Part shown: in pieces, positions 20,075-28,464 of the stretch
Numbering within the stretch: position 1 is the stretch's first letter
Layout: each line of letters starts with the position of its first letter
From: Fimicolochytrium jonesii
Lineage: Eukaryota
Length of the DNA stretch: 64,000 nucleotides
Reading direction: 5' to 3'
Assembly: GCF_025526975.1 (NCBI RefSeq)
Contig: NW_026515680.1
Coordinates: 558,001-622,000 of the forward strand
Program-made: the position numbers and the translations under genes
Notes under the pieces: model-generated
What the model saw: the letters and a program-made list of their open reading frames with translations, nothing else
Database searches by the model: none
Told to the model about the DNA's origin: nothing

Positions 20075-20554
20075 TCAACGTCCGCCAAAGATTCCCATAT
20101 ACGGATCATCATCTGCTTCGGGAGGATCAAATTCTACAAACGTGTTTTCCTCCACAGAGTCGTCTTTGTACGCAGCAGGTTGAAGCGCGTTAGGCATTCG
20201 ATTGATTTTCGCTATACGCTCTTGTCGCTTTTGTTCAGCAATTTTCTTTTTTTCCGCTTCATATTTCTCAATTATCTTTCTTGCTTCGTCCTGTTTAGAT
20301 TCTTTTGCCCTTTTCTCTTGCTCCTTTTTCTGTTCTGTATCTGCTTTCTCTTTGAGTTCCTTCATCTTCTTCAAGTTCTCGGTACGTTTCTCTTGCGCTC
20401 GACGCATCGCTTCGATCTGTTTTTCAGATCGCGGCTTTTTGACCTTCACCTTTTCAATAACAGCCTCGGTGATCGGGTCGTCAACAATTGGTTTTTCTTC
20501 CTGTACAGAAGGGTTTTCAGTAGATGCGCTTTCGTTTTCTGACATTTTGTTCAA
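20075..20554 (-). CDS. Conserved coiled-coil viral protein
   Basis: KKPRSEKQ motif and FVEFD...PYMGIFG; homolog of 11238-11723. Confidence 0.8.
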   Translation of the reverse strand: MNKMSENESASTENPSVQEEKPIVDDPITEAVIEKVKVKKPRSEKQIEAMRRAQEKRTENLKKMKELKEKADTEQKKEQEKRAKESKQDEARKIIEKYEAEKKKIAEQKRQERIAKINRMPNALQPAAYKDDSVEENTFVEFDPPEADDDPYMGIFGGR

Positions 20555-20586
20555 TGTTTTACTGTACAGAAGAGAAAAAAAATTCG

Positions 20587-21336
20587 TTATACAACGAGGT
20601 CAATAGGGTCATCATAGATTCCCAAATGAATTGTTATTGGAGCGGATGTTCTCACAACTTGCAACGATGCACTATCTACAATTTGGATATCAATTTGATT
20701 GAGTGTAAGATCTTCGGCTCGATGAAAGTTGTCACTCGGGTTGACCCATGTCAAGATATCTCCATACGAATCAGGATTTATCGCTGCTAGACAATTGATG
20801 TCCGAGTCAATACCAGCCGGATAAAGAATCGCTCCATTTGTCTGTAGAGTCCTTGAAGTTATTAGAATTGGTTGTGACGCGGATAGATTGAGTGTGTTTG
20901 GAAATGTTATACTTGATCCATATCCGGTTTCATTCACCTTATCGATACCAAGGTGCAGAAAAGCGCTTGAACCACGGGACCCTCCAAGGATCTTGAACGT
21001 TTTACTTCCAGAAGTTGAAACAGTCAGTCTTCGAGTCACTCCATCGTAAGACACACTGTACGGTTGAGACCCCGCTGCAGTCATTGCGCTTCCAAGAGCA
21101 CTCAAAATGTTTGTTGAGTCGTACGTCCCTTCGGGCAAAGTCGCTTTTCTTAAAGTCGTAGATCCTGACTCGGCAAAAACAACCGCGTTGTTAAAATCGG
21201 ATGTCGCACTCCATGACTGCAGTAGAGATACCGAAATAAGTCTCCATGCGTAACACGGGACGGTATTTTGAAGACGAAATGTACAATTATTCATATCTGG
21301 TAACGTACCAGAATTGAGGATAATCTCTCGAAACAT
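20587..21336 (-). CDS. Minor capsid (penton) protein
   Basis: 249 aa; TLPEGTYD motif; C-terminal LNQIDIQIVD; divergent from the ATPase. Confidence 0.75.
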   Translation of the reverse strand: MFREIILNSGTLPDMNNCTFRLQNTVPCYAWRLISVSLLQSWSATSDFNNAVVFAESGSTTLRKATLPEGTYDSTNILSALGSAMTAAGSQPYSVSYDGVTRRLTVSTSGSKTFKILGGSRGSSAFLHLGIDKVNETGYGSSITFPNTLNLSASQPILITSRTLQTNGAILYPAGIDSDINCLAAINPDSYGDILTWVNPSDNFHRAEDLTLNQIDIQIVDSASLQVVRTSAPITIHLGIYDDPIDLVV

Positions 21337-21391
21337 CGATTTCTTATCTTTTGTATAATGTAAAGAGATTAATTTTACGAGTGCGCTAAAT

Positions 21392-22126
21392 ATGAGAATT
21401 GCTAAACCAAAAATTCCTTCCGAATATCAGATACACATAAAGGACAAGACGCCCGATGACTATCCGAAGAAATTCTTCACTTTGACTCTAGTCGGGAGTT
21501 CAAGAGCAGGGAAGACCACCTGTATTATCAATCTCATCCAGAATTGTGCAAAAGCGTATGAAAATGTTGTGGTTTTCTCTCCAAGCGCTGACTCGCCGGA
21601 ATGGACAAGTTTGAAGAAATGCGATAACGTGTACATGTCCAGCATAGTATCGAATCACGTACTGAACAACCTTTTCGAGAAGCAGAAACTACTTTATAAA
21701 CAAGATAAATCCAAAAATCATATGCTGTTAATTTTGGATGATTTTGGTATCCTTGCGAAAGAAAACGGCCCCGGTATTGGAAAGGAACCTAAAGAACCCG
21801 AACTGATATCGAGCGGTATAAGACAGATGTTAGACTTACTGTACTCCAGGGCGAGACATAATGGGATGTCGGTTCTCTGTTCTCTTCATGACACGAAACA
21901 ACTCACACCGTTACAAAGAGTGAATTCCACCCATTGGATTTTGTACAGATTGAACCAAAAGCAATACGAAAAGATTGCGGGTGAGATTCGCTGTCATTTG
22001 TCCGAGTCGGAGTTTGTAAATTTAGCAGAGAAATACACTGTCAATCCTTACCACGCGCTATATGTTGATTTAAAGTCAGAGACAAACGAAGGAGTCTTTA
22101 AACAATTACAACCAGAAACGCATTAA
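21392..22126 (+). CDS. A32/FtsK-HerA packaging ATPase
   Basis: Walker A GSSRAGKT, Walker B LILDDF, RARHNG motif. Confidence 0.9.
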   Translation: MRIAKPKIPSEYQIHIKDKTPDDYPKKFFTLTLVGSSRAGKTTCIINLIQNCAKAYENVVVFSPSADSPEWTSLKKCDNVYMSSIVSNHVLNNLFEKQKLLYKQDKSKNHMLLILDDFGILAKENGPGIGKEPKEPELISSGIRQMLDLLYSRARHNGMSVLCSLHDTKQLTPLQRVNSTHWILYRLNQKQYEKIAGEIRCHLSESEFVNLAEKYTVNPYHALYVDLKSETNEGVFKQLQPETH

Positions 22127-22136
22127 AGAAAAAATT

Positions 22137-22376
22137 GTGGACTTAAAGTATAAGATGTTTGATAACATTTTCTATTTGCCAAATTCGCTAACCAAAGAAT
22201 CGTTTGACAAACTTCTAGAAGAACTATCACAGGATAGGCTTTGGTTAGACATGCCGGAGGACGTAAGGACGAGAACTTTACAGCAATGTAAGGAAGAAAT
22301 AGTTGTGAATATCGTTCAGTCGCATTTGGACAAGCAAGTTCCAGTTAAAACTCCAAGAAGAAAAAAGGCCGCCTGA
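22137..22376 (+). CDS. Small conserved viral protein (likely ATG at 22155)
   Basis: LSQDRLWLD motif shared with 13254-13463. Confidence 0.8.
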   Translation: MDLKYKMFDNIFYLPNSLTKESFDKLLEELSQDRLWLDMPEDVRTRTLQQCKEEIVVNIVQSHLDKQVPVKTPRRKKAA

Positions 22377-22655
22377 AGATTTCCCAGTTTTTTCGTCCCA
22401 AATATGACGTAAAACTATTTTCCTGCAAGTTAAGCAACAAAGACATCTTCCGCGCGACCAAACTCCTGAACAATTAGTGCCATTTTACTATTTGGGTTGT
22501 GCTTTTTCAGGTTGATTCGGGCTTTACCTATACAGTTTGACTTCTTAATTGACTGCATCAAGCCCAAGAAACAGGCCCAGGTGTTTTTATCAATTTCACC
22601 CAAAAATGACAAAAATTGACCATAACATTAATTTGTGGTCAATTGATAAACAAAG
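22377..22655 (+). promoter_or_regulatory. Conserved non-coding block upstream of the integrase (element B copy)
   Basis: Homologous to 13464-13720; hairpin at 22614-22644. Confidence 0.6.
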
Positions 22656-23894
22656 ATGGACTCCGACAACACAGGAACCTCCTCTCTCAGATATGAGCCC
22701 ATCACTCCGGAGGATCTCCGGAACCTCACCAAGTTTTACTATCAGAATCAAAACTTTCTAGGACGAGACAAATTGTGGTATGCGTATAGAAAAGCATTTC
22801 CAAATAGCAGGATTTCACAAAGAACTCTTCTCAACGATTTTCTGAAGAAGCAAGAGATTTGGCAGAGATCTACAAAAGTTATGGGATCCCGAGGCTCGAT
22901 AAAACCGATTTTGGCCGGAAAAGAAGGAAATTACCAGATCGATTGTATAAATTTGACATCGATAGCATACAATGGATATAAGTATTCGGTCAACGCTTCA
23001 GACATCCTCACTAAAAAGGTGTATAGTATGGCGATGAAGTCACAAGATCAAGCCACTGTTGTCAAGTTTCTAGGAACAATGAAACGGGATGGCGCTGTGC
23101 TAGTAAGTTTTACATCCGATGTAGGTACGGAATTTCAAGGTCAGGTGCAAGAGTGGGCCGACTCGAATAACGTGGAGTGGAAGTTCGGACAACCCGGTGT
23201 CCCCCAAGGACAAGGACAGATTGAATCCGTTAACAAAAATATAAAAAATCTGATCTATTCCTCGATACGTTTCGGAAAACGGGATTGGCCAAATTATCTT
23301 CAAAAACTCATAGATAATTTAAACAACACGAAAACGTATGCGACAGGGAAGGCTTCAAACGAAATCTTACAAGATGAACATGAAGCCATTTTCGATCGCA
23401 TACGGAACAAGAAATTGAAAGGGGTGAAATCAACAGTTTTGAACGAATTTAAAGTGGGAGATGTTGTAAGAAAGATAATACCGTTACCAAGTGGTATTAA
23501 AAGGCGCGCAAAAGTTGGATATTTCTCGTCACAAACTTATAAAATTGCAGGGAAAGTGCAAAGTAACTATGCAGGTTATGTTTCATCGTATAAATTAAAC
23601 AGAATGGATGGAACAAGACTTCCTGGTTTAACATCTGCTAACGACCTTCGGCTAGTTCCATCAGGAACCGTCAACGTACCGAACATCGCTTCCCAGCCAG
23701 ATCCCAATGAAAACGATGAATGCGAAATCGATTCAATCCTTGATAGTAGAGTAGTACGTAGAGGCAACAGAAGGATAAAGCAGTACAAGGTTCTATGGAG
23801 TGGTTATGATGCGTCCCAATCAACTTGGGAAGATGAAGGGAATCTCGAAAATGCACGGGAGGCCATAGCCCAGTATGAAGAGCAAAATGGATAA
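22656..23894 (+). CDS. rve (DDE) integrase with C-terminal chromodomain, intact
   Basis: YQIDCI, FTSDVGTEF and QGQIESVNK; chromodomain EIDSILDSR...YKVLWSGY...STWEDEGNL. Confidence 0.9.
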   Translation: MDSDNTGTSSLRYEPITPEDLRNLTKFYYQNQNFLGRDKLWYAYRKAFPNSRISQRTLLNDFLKKQEIWQRSTKVMGSRGSIKPILAGKEGNYQIDCINLTSIAYNGYKYSVNASDILTKKVYSMAMKSQDQATVVKFLGTMKRDGAVLVSFTSDVGTEFQGQVQEWADSNNVEWKFGQPGVPQGQGQIESVNKNIKNLIYSSIRFGKRDWPNYLQKLIDNLNNTKTYATGKASNEILQDEHEAIFDRIRNKKLKGVKSTVLNEFKVGDVVRKIIPLPSGIKRRAKVGYFSSQTYKIAGKVQSNYAGYVSSYKLNRMDGTRLPGLTSANDLRLVPSGTVNVPNIASQPDPNENDECEIDSILDSRVVRRGNRRIKQYKVLWSGYDASQSTWEDEGNLENAREAIAQYEEQNG

Positions 23895-23901
23895 TAGGTT
23901 T

Positions 23902-25056
23902 TCAAAACTTGTCATCTAGATTTAAATCGTCATTAAGATCGTCGATATCCATCGCATCATCATTAGATGAGCCTTCGTTCTCCCTGTGAAGGTTATAATA
24001 CACTTGTCGTGTTGCATAGGAATGACCATGCTTTTTCGCAAACTCTTTTTGGACCCGAGGATCTCCGTTATCCAATTTGATCGAGTCAATGACTACAATT
24101 TTTCAAAGTTCATTGACTCCAAGTTCTTCTCCGATATGTTGTTTACAAGCGATCTTCATAGCCCTTCCAAAACCTCCGCCTTCATAGGGTTTACTTGCGT
24201 TGCGCGCTTTTTCAAACAATTTACTTTGACCTTTAGCCTTACGAATATCAACCAGATTATCAATGTGCCTTTTGACAATGTCATCGATAATTGTAATAAG
24301 AACATCGGTGTCTCCCTTATTTTTATTACATGCTTTTATCAGAAAGGTATGGGTTTCCGTATCAAATGTGACATTATCCGCTTCGGAAATGAGCATAAAC
24401 TTTGCTTCGCCAATGTCCGCTCTTCGAATGACATCTGAACCGACAAAACAAGCCGCTGCTATGAGCAACCCATACTTATATGGGTCTTTAACGGCCTTTT
24501 CTTTACGTTCATCCAATTTCTCGTAAAGAGCATTGATTAAAGCGTCCTTTTCGATGAAGCGGTTCGTTTCATATTCTTTATCCATTACGAGATCCCGGGC
24601 TTGTATCTCTTTGCAACGATCGCCGTTGATCTTGAGATAGAAATGTCCCATTTCGTCAATATGCGTAAGTTTGTCCATTGTGCACGCATCTAGGAATCGT
24701 TTCTTTGCAGTTTCACCATAGAGGCTAGACGAAAGCCAATCATACAATCCTATTTTTTCCTCGTTTGTCATAATTTTGAACAGAGCGGACAACACCTTTG
24801 TACAATTCGCTCCATCGTCTTTAGGGTAATTTTTTTTCAAGATTTTCATGACATCGGTTGGAGATGATAGGACATTCGGATCAAGAATCCCGTATGCTTC
24901 AAGTCCATTACAAGCCGACAGATATACCTTTCGGCTACTCGGAGCCAATCCTATCTTTCCATTCTTTTGTTGGACGGTATCGGCATATCGGTTGATAAGT
25001 TTCTTTGCTATTTCAATATTCATTGCTGTGTCGTTCTTTGGTTGTGCATAAACCAT
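23902..25056 (-). pseudogene. Tyrosine recombinase with an in-frame TGA at 24103-24105
   Basis: IRRADIG (R). Reading through the stop gives GVNEL*KIVVID...EFAKKHGHSYATRQVYY...DDKF*, which restores the GHS...Y catalytic box. Confidence 0.8.
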
Positions 25057-25179
25057 TACTCGTTTTTACTCTTTAAATAAGAAATTTAATAACATTGGTA
25101 ATATCGATATTAAACGCATGTTTACGTCATCGCGCGCGAATACTTACAGGTGGAACTCCGATTTCATCAGGATTCAAGA

Positions 25180-25490
25180 AAACACCCACCCCCAAACAAA
25201 ACTTTAATCAGTACAGAACCACCCCCACTTCCCCGAGTATGATCATGCAGAATCGCCCACACCTGCGCCGTCTATTCAGCCGAAACCACCCCCGCGGCAA
25301 GGTTACTAAAATTAAGCATTCACCCACATGCGGAGTGAGTAAAAATGGTACAGAAACAAATCACCCCCTAGAGGGGGTGATTTGACTCTTCTCGAAACAA
25401 AATACGGGGGGTGTTTCCATTCCATAACTGAGCAATGCAAGCGGGGGTGTTTTCTACCTCCCGTTTTCCAATGCCCGCGGGGGCGTTTCC
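25180..25490. promoter_or_regulatory. Symmetric cluster of ACCCCC/GGGGGTG motifs around a 26-bp palindrome (25358-25383); candidate origin or divergent promoter
   Basis: AAATCACCCCCT-AG-AGGGGGTGATTT, with CACCCCC motifs on the left and GGGGG(T/C)GTTT motifs on the right. Confidence 0.55.
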
Positions 25491-25548
25491 TGTCGGTTAC
25501 CACCCGGGTACTGTTTCTACATGTTGATATCATTTACTTTACAGTTAG

Positions 25549-27873
25549 GTGAGGTTGCGGATGTTGTTCTTTCCCGTTTGCGGAAAGGAAAACTGCCACG
25601 AAAAAATATATAAGGGTAAAAAAATGTTTGTTTCCCCTCAAAAAATTTCAAACAGTTCCTCACTCTTAACAACTATTGCACACAACCGCTTTCGCCATAA
25701 CTTTCAACAAACGCACGTTCTCAACATGCAAAAACGCCAAAACACCATGGAATTGGCTCCGAAGCGCATCAAAATAGCCAAACGTACCGTCCAAAGGGCT
25801 GAACCGGGCTCTTTGGATGTGATCAATAACGAAGTGAATCGCAATGAAGACCATATCGATCTCTCAGTTGCGTTGGACTTGGACAATATATTCGATATCG
25901 ATCCTATGAATTTGAGCATCGAGCCATTGGATTCTCATTCGACTCAAAACACTCCGACGATCAACAAGCCCGATCTCGTTGGCTTGCAGATGGATGTCAA
26001 TCAAAATGAAAACGTCATGATTGACAACCAAACCGATGTCAATAACGATCATCCCCAGGAACGTCTGGAAGATGTGCCTGACCGAATCCTTCCGGGCACT
26101 CAAACGGTTATAATTGACGACATTCAGATCGATAACCCCAAGGAACTTGCAGAAAATATGCAGACGGAAGAAGTTCCGGGTTTGAACATTGAAGACATCA
26201 AACCTGAAGCAATTACTGTTACCAGCACCGCAGTTGTTGTTCATAAAGAAAATCCGGATTCTTCGAATCATGATATATCCTTGTGTGATTGTAGAGGATG
26301 TACCAAATGTCGATTATACGCGAATTTCGCTTACGCTTTGAGAGTATACAAGGAGCCGAAATCCGGGGATCAATGGATAACCCATGCTGCGGACTTCTTC
26401 GAATTTGATTATGGACATCTCATCCGCTTGGGCGACAAAAAGGGCTTCTTGCGATGTAATCCCTCGACGCGAACGAATATATGCTTGAACAAAATCGCCT
26501 TCACAGCCTACGTCGCCCAAGAATTGTTCGATATGTTCAATGCGGTCGATCAGAATGCAACCCCGGGAGCGAAGAACGAGATTACCCAAAAATGCAAGAA
26601 AGTGGTTGACATCCTATACGGCCGGATGCAGTTAAAGAAGGCTGAGGATCCAGTACCTCCTGTAGACAATAGCCATCTGATCGCTTTCAGAAACGGCTAT
26701 GTCTACGACCGAAATATTGGTGAATCTCGAAAGCGCATTGATGAGGATGGTGAAATTGAAACGTTCAACTACGATCTTGTCGAGTGGGATACCGAGAAAT
26801 ATCCCACACAGCGGTACTTGTGGGATGCCATATGCAAAATATGGCCTGAGAATTCCGATCGCTATTATGCGCTCACCAGTCTCAGTACATTCTTGGGAAG
26901 CAGACGCGGTATCCGTGAATTGCTTATATTTCACGGGGAAAGTTCCAATGGCAAAAGTTTGATTGGAGGATTGATGAAACTTATAACATGTCATCGCTTT
27001 CTGGGAGCAACCGCGCAGACGTTACAAAGGAAACCTGGGAACGGAAATGAACCATCTGAGATTCACTGGAAAATGGGCCAAAAATCAACACTCGTCACTT
27101 GGTTTTCTGAAGGGGATGAGAAAGATTTATATTACGGTTCAGCAATCAAAATCGCTGTCGGAGGCGATTCTACTTCTGTCCGGAGGGGTCATAACAAATG
27201 TGAGCAGGTTACGGTAGAGGGATTGGTGATTCTCGCTACGAATCATTACCCTTATTTGGATTGCGGACTGTATGATAAGGATCACAAGGACATCACAGCC
27301 AAATTGGTGGTGATACCTTGCAAATCGACGTTCGTCGATGCAGATGAACATTTTGACCCGAGTCAAAATATATATTTGAAGGACTTCGAACTCGACCGTC
27401 TCATCCAAAACGCAAGTCCGGACTTGGCGAGTGCCATGATGGCACTAATGATTTCGTTTCACAACGATCATCTGCTAGAGAAAGAATATCCGATACTGAG
27501 AAAACCCGCATCAGTGGTTTCAGCGACTGAGGAATTAATCACGAGAGTACACCCGTATCGCACGTTCCTGAAGGAAATGTGTGTCATTGAAGAAGGCGCG
27601 AAAATGTCGCAATGCGTGGCAATTCAAACTCTACGAACATGGATGAAGGAGCATCCGGTATGGTACAAATCCGTACCTCGGACCCAGGATTTCAAGGGTT
27701 TTCTGCTACACGCATACGATAAGACAGTTACTTTCGGCCAAAACATACGAATAAACGGAGTACAGACAACCGGATATCACGGGGTCAGATTGAAGAACGA
27801 GGATAATGATGGAGGTTATAATAAGTTTCTGTTTGGCAGTATCGACATCCTTGCGAGAGGCATTGAAGAGTAG
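25549..27873 (+). CDS. D5-like SF3 helicase lacking a recognisable primase domain (likely ATG near 25726)
   Basis: Acidic disordered N-terminus, CDCRGCTKC, D5_N-like LIAFRNGYVYD, Walker A GESSNGKS, FSEGD, ILATNH. Confidence 0.8.
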   Translation: MRLRMLFFPVCGKENCHEKIYKGKKMFVSPQKISNSSSLLTTIAHNRFRHNFQQTHVLNMQKRQNTMELAPKRIKIAKRTVQRAEPGSLDVINNEVNRNEDHIDLSVALDLDNIFDIDPMNLSIEPLDSHSTQNTPTINKPDLVGLQMDVNQNENVMIDNQTDVNNDHPQERLEDVPDRILPGTQTVIIDDIQIDNPKELAENMQTEEVPGLNIEDIKPEAITVTSTAVVVHKENPDSSNHDISLCDCRGCTKCRLYANFAYALRVYKEPKSGDQWITHAADFFEFDYGHLIRLGDKKGFLRCNPSTRTNICLNKIAFTAYVAQELFDMFNAVDQNATPGAKNEITQKCKKVVDILYGRMQLKKAEDPVPPVDNSHLIAFRNGYVYDRNIGESRKRIDEDGEIETFNYDLVEWDTEKYPTQRYLWDAICKIWPENSDRYYALTSLSTFLGSRRGIRELLIFHGESSNGKSLIGGLMKLITCHRFLGATAQTLQRKPGNGNEPSEIHWKMGQKSTLVTWFSEGDEKDLYYGSAIKIAVGGDSTSVRRGHNKCEQVTVEGLVILATNHYPYLDCGLYDKDHKDITAKLVVIPCKSTFVDADEHFDPSQNIYLKDFELDRLIQNASPDLASAMMALMISFHNDHLLEKEYPILRKPASVVSATEELITRVHPYRTFLKEMCVIEEGAKMSQCVAIQTLRTWMKEHPVWYKSVPRTQDFKGFLLHAYDKTVTFGQNIRINGVQTTGYHGVRLKNEDNDGGYNKFLFGSIDILARGIEE

Positions 27874-27952
27874 TTCCAGATATTTGCGTTACAATTGTAA
27901 ATAAGTAAATAGTTCCTTGTACATATCAATTTGAATAAATTTCAAAGAAACA

Positions 27953-28141
27953 ATGCGTCCTTGGTATCCAAAGCGGTCTCCTTCGGGCAAAATTATTAAC
28001 CCGAAAGGAACTCGACAATGCAAGACCGCTGAATGCCAATCAGAACCTATTCCCTACATCAAAAATCGGCTATACTGCTACGATTGTTGGGTCAAGTCAA
28101 AGGAACCTAAAGGCTTCAAGATAGAATTCGATTTGGATTGA
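27953..28141 (+). CDS. Small C4 zinc-finger protein
   Basis: Homolog of 5387-5572. Confidence 0.8.
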   Translation: MRPWYPKRSPSGKIINPKGTRQCKTAECQSEPIPYIKNRLYCYDCWVKSKEPKGFKIEFDLD

Positions 28142-28359
28142 TCCAGATCATCTGATTTCGAACTCAAAGGCTCCTTCAATGTCCTTTTGATGGTGATGTG
28201 TCTCCGCGTCCTGCATGATTCTACATTACCCAAAATTCGCGCAACAGTGGATGCGGCAATATCTAGTTTTCTAGCAAGATCACGGACGCTCCGGCCTGTG
28301 ACAGTCTTGATTTCTCCATCCTCAAAGAGTGATGCAATATAGTTGTAAGGAATGTACAT
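28078..28359 (-). CDS. Small helix-turn-helix protein
   Basis: SVRDLARKLDIAASTVARIL is a canonical HTH pattern. Confidence 0.65.
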   Translation of the reverse strand: MYIPYNYIASLFEDGEIKTVTGRSVRDLARKLDIAASTVARILGNVESCRTRRHITIKRTLKEPLSSKSDDLDQSKSNSILKPLGSFDLTQQS

Positions 28360-28464
28360 CTTTGTAGCAATAACGATGCTTCTTTATTGGTACATATATG
28401 TTTATTTTTGTTACTTGCGTTTAAATGCCATTTAAACTTCTAAGTGTATTCTTAGTAAAGCACC

